NCBI GenBank assembly: GCA_964447795.1 | Contig: CAYUTY010000010.1 | Location: 33,551 to 97,550, forward strand | DNA: 64,000 nt | Reading direction: 5' to 3' | Source: an uncultured Anaerolineaceae bacterium | GTDB taxonomy: Bacteria > Chloroflexota > Anaerolineae > Aggregatilineales > Phototrophicaceae | Shown: one piece after another, positions 49,053 to 58,285 of the stretch | How positions within the stretch are numbered: position 1 is the first letter of the stretch | Layout of the letters: each line of letters begins with the position of its first letter | Notes under the pieces: model-generated | Seen by the model: only the letters and a program-made list of their open reading frames with translations | Database searches by the model: none | Told to the model about the DNA's origin: nothing | Program-made: the position numbers and the translations under genes

Positions 49053-49107
49053 ACGCTCAATATAAGCAATTTTTTCCCCTGAGTCAACGGGTCTGAAACA
49101 CGTTCCA

Positions 49108-49151
49108 GATTGTGCAGTGCTGAATTATCGATAATTCAGCACTGCACAATC
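49108..49151. repeat. Perfect 44-bp palindrome without a spacer
   Basis: GATTGTGCAGTGCTGAATTATC|GATAATTCAGCACTGCACAATC. Confidence 0.95.
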
Positions 49152-49156
49152 ACTTA

Positions 49157-49170
49157 TGGAAGCGCTCCCA
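49157..49170. promoter_or_regulatory. LacI-family operator-like site
   Basis: TGGAAGCGCTCCCA, near-palindrome with the central AGCGCT typical of LacI/GalR operators. Confidence 0.5.
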
Positions 49171-49439
49171 ATTATGAAGGGATTGTTAAAATGATGTTGT
49201 GGCTTGTAAATAGTTGATCAAGCGTTGATTGACATACAGCAATAATGAATCCCCTTACCCTTTATCGGTTTTCTAGGCCAATGAAAGTCGAAAAAAGTTC
49301 ATGCACTTTACACAAAGACCTTTTCACCTGACAGCCGATCTGGACACTAGATTGAGCGAAGAAAAGTGCACAATAGGGGGGAATATGGCATTTGAAGTAT
49401 AGTTATAGACGATCAGATGCATTTTCAGAGGAGAAGCAT

Positions 49440-49937
49440 GTGGAAGCCCTGACACCAGAGCATGTACAGACGGCGCTGGACGCCTGGAATTTTGGCATCA
49501 CTATCCGCTTTTTCGAGGAGTCAACCGCGACTTCGCAGCTTGCGGCAGATAACATCGGCTGTGAACTGGGGCAGATCGCCAAAAGTCTGGCCTTCCTGAT
49601 TGAGGGAAAGCCGGTGCTGGTGATTGCCAGCGGCGACCAGCGCGTTGACGATAAAAAACTGGCAGCGCTTTACAACGTGGGGCGGAAAAAGGTGCGCCCG
49701 GCCAGCGCGGCAGAGTGTATCGAGTTGTATGGCTACGCGCCGGGGGGCGTGCCGCCGCTGGCGCACCGCAGCAGCGGGATGCCGGTTCACCTTGATGATT
49801 CGCTGCGGCGTTATACACAACTGTATGCGGCGGGCGGAGCGCATAATGCTATTTTCCCGGTGACGCTGGAACAACTGGCGCAGATCAGCGGCGGACAGTT
49901 CGCAGATGTGAAGAAGGAAGTGACGAGTAATGAGTAA
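49440..49937 (+). CDS. YbaK/EbsC aminoacyl-tRNA deacylase family
   Basis: GQIAKSLAF; GYAPGGVPP; YAAGGA. Confidence 0.9.
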   Translation: MEALTPEHVQTALDAWNFGITIRFFEESTATSQLAADNIGCELGQIAKSLAFLIEGKPVLVIASGDQRVDDKKLAALYNVGRKKVRPASAAECIELYGYAPGGVPPLAHRSSGMPVHLDDSLRRYTQLYAAGGAHNAIFPVTLEQLAQISGGQFADVKKEVTSNE

Positions 49938-49980
49938 TGAGGGATGAGGGGTGTTATTGATTTCAGGGAAAGGTGCAATT

Positions 49981-50847
49981 ATGAAATCATCTACTGATGG
50001 GCTGGTGCTGGCGGCGGATGCGGCGATTGATTTACAGGTGCATACACATTACAGCGATGGCAAATGGACGCCGGAAGCCCTGATCGACCATCTGCGACAG
50101 GAGGGGTTTGGGCTGGCGGCCATCACCGACCATGACCGGGCAGATACCGCGCCGGAATTGCAGCGGCTGGCGCTGGAAAAAGGAATGCCAATTCTGATTG
50201 CGGCGGAAGTCACAGCATCATGGAAAGGCGAGATGACCGATGTGCTGTGTTTTGGCTTCGACCCGGAAAAGCCCGCGCTGAGCGATCTGACAAAGGATGT
50301 GCTGCGCCGTCAGCAGGACAACACCCGCGAGGTATACGCCAATATTGTCAAAAAAGGCTACACCTTTGCCGACGGGGAAGCTGAACTGAAGGCAATTCTG
50401 GAAAAACCGAGCGCGCAGCAGCCGCATGAACTGGTAGCGCTGCTCCAGCGGCATAACTATGGAACGGGCGACCCGTCGGTTGGAAAAATTCTGATGGAAG
50501 CCGGTTTCGCCTGGGCGATGACGGACATCGCGGCGGCGGTGGAGGCGATGCACCAAAGCGGCGGCGTGGCGCTGCTGGCGCACCCCGGACGGGATGATGG
50601 TTTTGTCTGTTACAACGCTGATCTGCTGGATGAACTGCGGGCGGAAGTGCCGATTGACGGTTTTGAAGTCTATTATCCGAAGCACACAGCCGAGCAGACG
50701 ACAATGTTTGTGGATTATGCCGGGCGGCATGATCTGCTGACCAGCTCCGGCTCGGACTCGCACGCGCCGGACAAGCCGCCGATCCAATATCGGGCCGAGC
50801 TGAGCCGTAAACTGCTGGAACGGCTTGGCATCCGGGTGGCGGGTTAG
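49981..50847 (+). CDS. PHP domain metallophosphoesterase
   Basis: DLQVHTHYSDG, AITDHD, LAHPG, GSDSH. Confidence 0.92.
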   Translation: MKSSTDGLVLAADAAIDLQVHTHYSDGKWTPEALIDHLRQEGFGLAAITDHDRADTAPELQRLALEKGMPILIAAEVTASWKGEMTDVLCFGFDPEKPALSDLTKDVLRRQQDNTREVYANIVKKGYTFADGEAELKAILEKPSAQQPHELVALLQRHNYGTGDPSVGKILMEAGFAWAMTDIAAAVEAMHQSGGVALLAHPGRDDGFVCYNADLLDELRAEVPIDGFEVYYPKHTAEQTTMFVDYAGRHDLLTSSGSDSHAPDKPPIQYRAELSRKLLERLGIRVAG

Positions 50848-51590
50848 CTCAAGCGGCGTTCGGCAATGCGCTGGGCGGCGTAGCCAACCAGCAGTGGCAG
50901 CAGCAGGGGAAGCGCAAAAATGGCCGCGACGCCGGACGATGTGATGCGGTCGAGGTCAGCCGCCAGCAGGAGGGCAGCGCCGCCCAGCCATACCATCCAG
51001 TAACCGATCATCACCAGACCGGCAGCGCCGAGCGAAAGCGCCCGGTCAGCGATCAGGCTGGCGCAAAGCAGGCCGATCATGCCGCTGAAATACAATTCGA
51101 TGGCGGGCTGCGCGGCAATCAGCAGCGTCGCGCCCAACAGCGCCAGCGACCAGTGCGCCGCCGGAATTTCTTCCATCCACAGGCCAAACACCAGCGCCCC
51201 GACGATGACCAGGGCGTGCAGCAGCCGGTAAACGGGCATTGTCCAGGTGCGGCGAAGCTGCCAGACGCCAGCCGCCCAGGCACTGAGGAGAATGTCCCGG
51301 CCAGAGTAGGGCGTGGCGCGGAGCAAATCCCAGGTGCGGATTTCCTGGGTATGGTAGATGCGTTCCGCCGTGCCTGTCGCCGTCTGCACCAGAATCAGCA
51401 GGGACAGGAGCAGATACAGCACCGGCAGGCCGAGGCCGCCCAACAGCAGCAGCAGCACTACCGAACAGCCAAAGACCAGCGGCTTGAAATGCCGCAGCGC
51501 GCCCCGGCGCAGGTAATGCTGCACCAGCGGGTGATCGTGTCGCGGCAGGGTAAACGTCCAGCGATGGGTGTTGAAGGATTGATTCAGCAT
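50844..51590 (-). CDS. Multi-TM membrane protein (ABC-2 permease-like)
   Basis: About 6 hydrophobic segments; TWDLLRATP motif. Confidence 0.6.
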   Translation of the reverse strand: MLNQSFNTHRWTFTLPRHDHPLVQHYLRRGALRHFKPLVFGCSVVLLLLLGGLGLPVLYLLLSLLILVQTATGTAERIYHTQEIRTWDLLRATPYSGRDILLSAWAAGVWQLRRTWTMPVYRLLHALVIVGALVFGLWMEEIPAAHWSLALLGATLLIAAQPAIELYFSGMIGLLCASLIADRALSLGAAGLVMIGYWMVWLGGAALLLAADLDRITSSGVAAIFALPLLLPLLVGYAAQRIAERRLS

Positions 51591-51682
51591 AAACCCGATT
51601 GTATGCAAGAACGGCCTGCCAGACATTCAGCATAAGGCGATTCTAGCAATTCTCCGACAACACCCTGACAATCGCTCAACCG

Positions 51683-53020
51683 TCAGGCTCCGGCGGGGCC
51701 CACCGAAACCAGCGATACCGCGCCGGTTTCGCGGTCATAGAGATAAATATCGGTGGTGAAGTTTAAATCGGCAGCGACCAGCGCCGCACCCGTTTCGTAG
51801 GCAACAAAGCGCCCGTCGGCGGAAATGGCCGCGCCGGTAGAAAGGACATCCAATTCGACGCCAGCATTGTTCACCGAAACGCGCGTCGGGGTTTGCGTCT
51901 GGCGTTCATAGACAAAAATATCAGCAGTGTCGTTATTGTCATTTTCAACCAGTCCGGTCAGGTCAGATTGAAAGACTACTAACCGGCCATCAGCGGACAA
52001 AACCGGGTCAGACGAGCCGAAGCAGAAATCAGCACAGCCGGGTTCAGCGCCACCACTCGCCAGCGCTACTCGCTCCGTGATGCCGCTGTCGCGGTCGTGG
52101 ACAAAAATTTCATTGCGCTCCTGGGTCGCTTCACTGAGGAGGTTGGTGGCCTGCGATTGGAAGGCCACAAAACGCCCGTCGGCGGAAATACTCAGGGTGT
52201 CGAAGGTATAAGCATTGGCTTCTGCGCCTTGCGCCGACACGTTGACGCGCTCGGTCAGGCCGCTGTCGAGGTTGTGGACGAAAATATCTTCAAGGCCGTT
52301 GGTATCCCCCTCAACCAGATTGCTGGCGCGTGACCAGAAGGCGACGGTCTGCCCATCGCCGGAAATAACGGTGGTATAGGTATCTTCGTTCGACTCGCTG
52401 CCATCGCTGGCGACAGAAACACGAGTCGTTTCACCCGTGTCGAGGTCGTGGACAAAGGCATCGCGGTAGGGGTTGTCATCTTCAGGGACGAGATTGCCGG
52501 CATTCGACCAGAAAGCGACCCTGCGCCCGTCCGCCGAAATCGACGGTTCGAGCGATGATAAATCGCCCGCTGTACCATCGCTGGCGACTGAAACGCGGAC
52601 GGTTTCGCCGGTTTCGCGGTCATGGACAAATACATCCGTCCAACCGCTGCTGTCGTCGCTCACCAGATTGGAGGCATCTGACTCGAAAGCGACAAAACGA
52701 CCATCGGCGGAAATGGCCGGTTGGCGCGAGTAACTATTGCCTTCTGAGCCATCGCTGGCGACAGAGACGCGCGCCGTTTCGCCGGTTTCCCGGTCATGGA
52801 CAAAGACATCGGTGGTTTCGTTGGTGTCATCGGGGACAAGGTTCGTTGCATCAGAAGCGAAAGCGATGAAGCGGCCATCGGCGGAAAGTGCGGGACTGAG
52901 CGAGGCACTGTTGCCCCAGATGAAGGGTGTGGGTTCGGCGTCCTGCGCCAGGGCGGCCAACGGCCAGAGGGTGCAAATGAGGGTGAAGGTTACTATAAAA
53001 CGCGGTTTCAACAATTCCAT
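51683..53020 (-). CDS. Secreted TolB-like (PD40) repeat beta-propeller protein
   Basis: Signal peptide; about 7 repeats of ISADGRFVAF.S.A.NLV..D.N...DVFVHD..TG.T.RVSV. Confidence 0.9.
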   Translation of the reverse strand: MELLKPRFIVTFTLICTLWPLAALAQDAEPTPFIWGNSASLSPALSADGRFIAFASDATNLVPDDTNETTDVFVHDRETGETARVSVASDGSEGNSYSRQPAISADGRFVAFESDASNLVSDDSSGWTDVFVHDRETGETVRVSVASDGTAGDLSSLEPSISADGRRVAFWSNAGNLVPEDDNPYRDAFVHDLDTGETTRVSVASDGSESNEDTYTTVISGDGQTVAFWSRASNLVEGDTNGLEDIFVHNLDSGLTERVNVSAQGAEANAYTFDTLSISADGRFVAFQSQATNLLSEATQERNEIFVHDRDSGITERVALASGGAEPGCADFCFGSSDPVLSADGRLVVFQSDLTGLVENDNNDTADIFVYERQTQTPTRVSVNNAGVELDVLSTGAAISADGRFVAYETGAALVAADLNFTTDIYLYDRETGAVSLVSVGPAGA

Positions 53021-53152
53021 CCTCCTTTTAACAGGTTAACCGCCTTTCATTGTAGATTACGGGCGTATTTGTGGAAAACCCTCATGAATGGGGTATCAGA
53101 GATGCTTTTGCAGGGATGAAGCCCTGGCTCCATCCCTGCATTCTGCCTGAAT

Positions 53153-53983
53153 TTATCCCTTTTCCACCGGAAACTGGATTTCCATCACGCCCGCGCCGCC
53201 AGGGGACTGCGGCGTTTGCAGGTAAATCTCGCGGCCTGGCCCAACGATGCGGTAGCCGTTGGCTTCAATCCATTTGCCAATGGCGACATGCAGCGCCCCG
53301 ACGGCGGCAAAGTCGTCATAGCTGCCCCGGTAAACCGCGCTCGCCATTGACTCCACTTCGGGAAGCTGTCGCACCGCAGCGCGCCCCTGCTGCGCGGCTG
53401 GTGCATCCGGGCTGATGAAAAAGGCCATTTCAACATCGATTCCGGCGGGACTATTATCGTGGTAAATGGCGAGGCATACCCCGTCAGTCTGGATGCCATT
53501 AGCCTCCATCATGGCGCACACCTCGTCATTGAGCGCCAGGCAGCGCTCGCGCATCTGCTCCGGCGCTGGCACCAGTTCGCGGGCGGAAGCAACTTTCACC
53601 GACGCGACACGTTTCAGAATAATCTCATGTGCTGGCATTTTGCCCTCCTGTCGAATTTGATCTAAACGAATACGCACTCGTGCTAAGCGTTCCTGTGTCT
53701 CCGCCACCTGCTGTTGAAGTTCCGCTCCACGCAGGCGTAACATGCCATCAAGCTGCTCCGCCGTCAGATTTTCGTCCAGCATCTGCCCGACCTGTTCCAG
53801 CGAAAATCCCAGGTCTTTCAGCGCCAGAATCCGGTTCAGGCGCGGGAGCTGCTCGAATGAGTAGTAACGGTAGCCAGTGAAACGGTCTACCTGGAGCGGA
53901 CTGAAGAGGCCAATATCGGCGTAGTAGCGCAGTGTTTTGACGGAAACACCGGTCAGCCGTGAAAAATCACCGATCCTGAACAT
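53153..53983 (-). CDS. MerR family regulator with GyrI-like effector domain (BmrR-like)
   Basis: MFRIGDFSRLTGVSVKTLRYY...TGYRYY; GSY...W...GPGREIY...EIQFPV. Confidence 0.93.
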   Translation of the reverse strand: MFRIGDFSRLTGVSVKTLRYYADIGLFSPLQVDRFTGYRYYSFEQLPRLNRILALKDLGFSLEQVGQMLDENLTAEQLDGMLRLRGAELQQQVAETQERLARVRIRLDQIRQEGKMPAHEIILKRVASVKVASARELVPAPEQMRERCLALNDEVCAMMEANGIQTDGVCLAIYHDNSPAGIDVEMAFFISPDAPAAQQGRAAVRQLPEVESMASAVYRGSYDDFAAVGALHVAIGKWIEANGYRIVGPGREIYLQTPQSPGGAGVMEIQFPVEKG

Positions 53984-54013
53984 AGCGGGCCCTCTAGTGA
54001 AGCTTCTATGGGT

Positions 54014-54044
54014 AGTGTGCGCTTTCCAGTGGGGGGAGAGTCAA
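54014..54044 (-). promoter_or_regulatory. MerR-type promoter with 19-bp spacer
   Basis: TTGACT-ctccccccactggaaagcg-CACACT upstream of the MerR gene, with an imperfect dyad in the spacer. Confidence 0.6.
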
Positions 54045-54093
54045 GAGGGAAATTTTGCAGCAGGTCAGCGAACATGATTTACGCTGAACTGGT

Positions 54094-54136
54094 TTTAAGC
54101 CAGCTTAAATACAAAGGCGGCGGCCTGTCGTATCCT
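54094..54136 (+). promoter_or_regulatory. Class II Crp/Fnr-family promoter candidate
   Basis: TTTAAGC-CA-GCTTAAA palindrome (54094-54109) centred at -41.5 relative to the start implied by -10 TATCCT (54131-54136). Confidence 0.55.
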
Positions 54137-54168
54137 GAGAGCATCAAACGGTTTATGAGGTTGCTGCT

Positions 54169-54588
54169 GTGCCTACGCTGTCACGCTGGTTCATCAAAAT
54201 CGGGATGCTGTACTTCGCCGTCGGGCTGATGATGGGGGCGCTGCTGCTGGCACAACCGGCGCTGGGTTTATCCTCCAGCTTACAGGTTCTGCGCCCGGTC
54301 TATCTGCATTTTCTGTTCATTGGCTGGGTTTCCCAACTGATTATGGGCGTCGGCTACTGGATGTTCCCCAAACAGTCGAAAGAGAAACCACGTGGTAATG
54401 AACGCCTCGGCTGGGCGGTGCTGATTTTGCTCAATGTGGGGCTGGTGCTGCGGGCGATTGGTGAGCCGGTGATGGTCTTAGACCCGAAAGCCGGGATGGG
54501 CTGGGTGCTGGCAGGGGCATCCTTATTTCTGCTGTTGGCCGGGTGGGGGTTCATCCTCAACACCTGGAGTCGGATTAAGGAGCGTTGA
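54169..54588 (+). CDS. Four-TM membrane protein (heme-copper oxidase subunit I fragment-like)
   Basis: YLHFLFIGWVSQLIMGVGYWMFP motif. Confidence 0.7.
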   Translation: MPTLSRWFIKIGMLYFAVGLMMGALLLAQPALGLSSSLQVLRPVYLHFLFIGWVSQLIMGVGYWMFPKQSKEKPRGNERLGWAVLILLNVGLVLRAIGEPVMVLDPKAGMGWVLAGASLFLLLAGWGFILNTWSRIKER

Positions 54589-54590
54589 AG

Positions 54591-55016
54591 ATGCCCAAAC
54601 TGAGTGTCTGGTTCATCCGTTCGGCGCTGCTGCACATGGGCATTGGCTTCCTGTTTGGGACGCTGATTTTGCACCACAAGGGCATCCCGATCTATCCCTG
54701 GACGTGGAAACTGCTGAGTCCGCATATCACGCTGATGATTTTTGGCTGGACGATCCAGTTTGTGATGGGCGTGGCTTTCTGGATCCTGCCGCGCTTCAGC
54801 GGGGAGCAGCGCTATGGGTGGCTGCCGCTGGGCTGGTTCAGTTTCGTGCTGCTGAACAGCGGCATCGTACTGATGGCGCTGGGCGGCTGGCTGCCAGACA
54901 ACAGGCTTTCGCTGGTGGGCATACTGTCTGTACTGGGCGCTGTTGGGGCGTTCATCATCCTCATGTGGCCGCGCGTCAAACCGCTGGGCGGTTTGGTGGC
55001 CGCGCAAAAATCATAA
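54591..55016 (+). CDS. Four-TM membrane protein, paralog of the upstream gene
   Basis: PHITLMIFGWTIQFVMGVAFWILPRF motif. Confidence 0.7.
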   Translation: MPKLSVWFIRSALLHMGIGFLFGTLILHHKGIPIYPWTWKLLSPHITLMIFGWTIQFVMGVAFWILPRFSGEQRYGWLPLGWFSFVLLNSGIVLMALGGWLPDNRLSLVGILSVLGAVGAFIILMWPRVKPLGGLVAAQKS

Positions 55017-55038
55017 GTGTTCAACGAAGGAGTTAATC

Positions 55039-55272
55039 ATGAATCAGATTGATGTTCGCACCATCCCGCCGCGGGAACGGCACCCGATGATCTTCAAAAT
55101 GTTCGATGAACTGCAAGCGGGCGAGTCCTTTGAACTCATCAACGACCACGCGCCGACACCGTTGTATTACCAGTTCCTCCACGAACGGCCCGACCAGTTT
55201 GAGTGGAATTATCTGGAAGAAGGCCCGGAAACCTGGCGGGTGGCGATCTCCCGCAAAGCGGACGGAGCGTAA
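55039..55272 (+). CDS. DUF2249 domain protein
   Basis: IDVRTIPPRERHPMIF...INDHAPTPLYYQF...YLEEGPETWRV. Confidence 0.9.
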   Translation: MNQIDVRTIPPRERHPMIFKMFDELQAGESFELINDHAPTPLYYQFLHERPDQFEWNYLEEGPETWRVAISRKADGA

Positions 55273-55276
55273 ATCC

Positions 55277-55603
55277 ATGAGCCAAGCCTATATGCTGCTG
55301 GAAGATATGGTGAGCGCGGTGGGCGTCATCCAGCCGGACAGTATCATCAGCCGCACCTTTTACAAGGATGAGCGCTTCAAGGCAGTCCTGTTCGGCTTCG
55401 ACGCTGGGCAGGAACTCTCCCCACACACCTCCACCCACGCCGCCATCATCCAGATTGTGCAGGGTGAAGCGGTGGTGGGGCTGGGCGATGACCAGCATGA
55501 GGTGAAAGCCGGAAGCTGGATTCACATGCCGCCTGGCCTGAAACACAGTGTTCGGGCCACATCACCGCTGATTATGCTGCTGCTGATGTTTGGTACAGAT
55601 TGA
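55277..55603 (+). CDS. Cupin domain protein
   Basis: FDAGQELSPHT...GEA...HMPPGLKHSVRA. Confidence 0.85.
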   Translation: MSQAYMLLEDMVSAVGVIQPDSIISRTFYKDERFKAVLFGFDAGQELSPHTSTHAAIIQIVQGEAVVGLGDDQHEVKAGSWIHMPPGLKHSVRATSPLIMLLLMFGTD

Positions 55604-55613
55604 GTGCATCCTG

Positions 55614-56723
55614 ATGAAAATTGAGCGGCTTTTCCCCCGCATACTGCTGCTGCTGGTGACGATTGTCGCTCTGCTGGGCGGTCTGGGCGCAGGGCTGGCG
55701 CGTATGGGCTGGCAGATGGATGCGCTCAGCCAGAGCTGGCTCTTCATTCACGGGCCGCTGATGATTTCCGGTTTCCTCGGCACGCTGATCTGCCTGGAGC
55801 GGGCGGTGGCGCTGGAGGGGCGTTATCGCTGGAGCATGATTGTTCCGGCGATCAACGCCGCTGGAGCCGCGGCGCTGCTGCTGACTGGCGATACCAGCCT
55901 GGCAAAACTGCTGTTAAGCGCGGGGAGTCTGGGTCTGGTGCTGCTGTTCGGGTTGATGCTGCGTTTGCATCCTTCGCGCGATATGCTCATCATGGCGGCG
56001 GGGGCGGCCTGCTGGTTGGTGGGTAATGTGGTGTGGCTGGCGGGGCAGCCGGTTTTTCAGGTCGTTCATCTGTGGACGGCCTTCCTCATTCTGACGATTG
56101 TCGGCGAACGGCTGGAATTGTCGCGGGTGCGCCGTCTGACCCGGCGGAGCGAATACCTGCTGATGCTGGCGGTGGGCGTTTACATCGCCGGAGTGCTTGT
56201 GACGCTGATTAATCTGGAGGCTGGCATCCGCCTGTCAGGGATCGGCGCGATCCTGGTGGCCGGGTGGCTGCTGTGCTACGACATCGCCCGCCGCACCATC
56301 CGCCAGCGGGGGCTGCCGCGCTATATCGCTGCCTGTTTGCTGGCTGGTTATGTCTGGCTTGGCGTGGGTGGGGCGATTGGCCTGTGGCAGGGTGCGCTGT
56401 ATGCCGGGCCAGTGTATGCGGCCCTGCTGCACGCTTTCCTGCTGGGCTTCGTTTTCTCCATGATTTTCGGCCATATGCCGATCATTGTGCCTGCGATAAC
56501 GGGACTGCGCCTGAATTACAGTCCCATTTTCTATATCCCGCTGCTGCTGCTTCACAGCACGCTGGTTTACCGTACCTATGGTAGTCTGGTGCTGGATTTC
56601 ACGGTACAGCGCTGGGGTGGGCTGCTCAATGTGATTGCCGTCCTCCTGTTTTTTGGGCTGACCGTGCGGGCTTTGCTGCTGTCGAATCGGAAATCTGCCA
56701 GCGCAATTCCGGCGCTGGAGTAA
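55614..56723 (+). CDS. Multi-TM His-containing membrane protein (NnrS-like / NO-response associated)
   Basis: HGPLMISGFLGTLICLERAVAL, LTIVGERLELSR, HAFLLGFVFSMIFGH. Confidence 0.6.
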   Translation: MKIERLFPRILLLLVTIVALLGGLGAGLARMGWQMDALSQSWLFIHGPLMISGFLGTLICLERAVALEGRYRWSMIVPAINAAGAAALLLTGDTSLAKLLLSAGSLGLVLLFGLMLRLHPSRDMLIMAAGAACWLVGNVVWLAGQPVFQVVHLWTAFLILTIVGERLELSRVRRLTRRSEYLLMLAVGVYIAGVLVTLINLEAGIRLSGIGAILVAGWLLCYDIARRTIRQRGLPRYIAACLLAGYVWLGVGGAIGLWQGALYAGPVYAALLHAFLLGFVFSMIFGHMPIIVPAITGLRLNYSPIFYIPLLLLHSTLVYRTYGSLVLDFTVQRWGGLLNVIAVLLFFGLTVRALLLSNRKSASAIPALE

Positions 56724-56734
56724 TCCCGTCTGCT

Positions 56735-57211
56735 TCACTGACTGTTATCTGCCTGGGCGGTGGTGCTGCTGAAGGTGGCCTGAATACCGGCGATCAGCGC
56801 TTCCTTCTGCTCCGGCGTCAGGTTGGCTTCCGGGTGCGTCAGGCGGTAAGCGGGCGGCGGCATGGCGTCGGAGCGAATCATGGCGATCAGCAGACTGGGG
56901 TTGATAGCCGTCAACGGCTGCTCGGAAAAGTTGAGATGGGTACGGCCTTCGTTAACGTTCTGGGCGGCGACCCACGATGCCGGGGCAATCCGCATATAAA
57001 TGGGGTACTCGGTTTCGTTGCTGTGGCAGGTGTAGCAGGTGCTTTCCATGATGCTGGCGGCTTGTGGCGACCACTGCACCTCATAGCGCACCGGCGGGTT
57101 ACGCGGATCCATCGACGGGACAAAATGCCAGATGGGGAAAAATTGCAGCGCAATCACCCCGGACAGCACAGCCCCACCCACAACCCAGATTATTTTTTCC
57201 AGTCGGCTCAT
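56735..57211 (-). CDS. Membrane-anchored c-type heme-binding protein (Haem_bd-like)
   Basis: CYTCHSNET; APASW...V.EGR.HLNFS; MPP..Y...HPEA.L. Confidence 0.85.
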   Translation of the reverse strand: MSRLEKIIWVVGGAVLSGVIALQFFPIWHFVPSMDPRNPPVRYEVQWSPQAASIMESTCYTCHSNETEYPIYMRIAPASWVAAQNVNEGRTHLNFSEQPLTAINPSLLIAMIRSDAMPPPAYRLTHPEANLTPEQKEALIAGIQATFSSTTAQADNSQ

Positions 57212-57389
57212 GCCAGCTACCCCCTGATGCGTGAATGAATAATTAAGATCATAAAGGTGATTTTACGTTTTTCACAATAGTTTCGGAGTCCTACAAAGGC
57301 GTACTTTAGGACTGGTCTGGCCTGAACAAAACCCTGGTGTATAGTTGTAGGGTTTGCGGACACCCGTCCGGGGAGGAGGCCACAGCTTA

Positions 57390-58154
57390 ATGGCGCGAAA
57401 ACATCTGCGAACCATCGACATTGCCAGGGACATTGGCGTTCATCACAATACCGTTCGGCTCTATGAAGAACTGGGTTTTCTGCCGCCAATCCCACGCGGC
57501 CAAAATGGCTACCGCCTGTATAGTGAGCTGCACCTGGAACAGGCGCGGCTGACGCGGCTGGTGTTGCAATGGCCTTATGTCGGGGATAAAACGATTATTG
57601 TCGAACTGGTCAAAAACGCAGCCAGCGGCGATCTGGGCATGGCGATGGAACTGGCGTATCAGTATCTCGCTCAGGTGCGCGTCGAAAAAACCTTCGCCGA
57701 GTCCGCTGTTGAATTTCTGGAGCGCTGGGCGGCGGGCTACTTAATGGACAGCCCGCGCCAGCAGGTTCATATTGGCGAGGCGGCGCGGCATCTGAATGTC
57801 ACCGTCGATATGCTGCGAAACTGGGAGCGCAATGGCCTGATTGATGTTCCCCGCGACCCTACCAATCAATACCGGCTCTACGGAACGGCTGAATTTGGCC
57901 GCCTGCGCGTCATTCGGATGCTGGTGAAATCGGGCTACAGTCTGATGGCCGTTTTGCGGATGCTGCTGCAATTCGACGCTGGCAAAACCGACAACCTGCG
58001 CGCCGCGCTCGATCTTCCCCGCGACCAAAGTGCCAACGAGTATATCGACGTCATTGCTGACCGCTGGCTTTCCAGCCTGCTTGAGCTGGAAGCGCGGGCG
58101 CAGGCCACCATCCAGCAGATTGGCCGGATGATCGAAATGGCGCACACCCGCTAA
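57390..58154 (+). CDS. MerR family regulator with two HTH domains
   Basis: TIDIARDIGVHHNTVRLYE...NGYRLY and IGEAARHLNVTVDMLRNWERNGL...NQYRLY. Confidence 0.88.
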   Translation: MARKHLRTIDIARDIGVHHNTVRLYEELGFLPPIPRGQNGYRLYSELHLEQARLTRLVLQWPYVGDKTIIVELVKNAASGDLGMAMELAYQYLAQVRVEKTFAESAVEFLERWAAGYLMDSPRQQVHIGEAARHLNVTVDMLRNWERNGLIDVPRDPTNQYRLYGTAEFGRLRVIRMLVKSGYSLMAVLRMLLQFDAGKTDNLRAALDLPRDQSANEYIDVIADRWLSSLLELEARAQATIQQIGRMIEMAHTR

Positions 58155-58285
58155 ATCGGCTTCCCGCAAAACCCTCCATCTATCCCCCATCCCTTTATGA
58201 TTCAAATGAGCGCGTAAACAGGCCGATTTTCAGCGGTAGGCCTGTGGAATGCTCGCTGCACATTTGTATTTATAAGGAGGAGAAT

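Noticed and set aside
51683..53020. Internal DNA repeats as a DGR template/variable pair
   Set aside because: They are in-frame propeller repeats, and there is no reverse transcriptase in the window.
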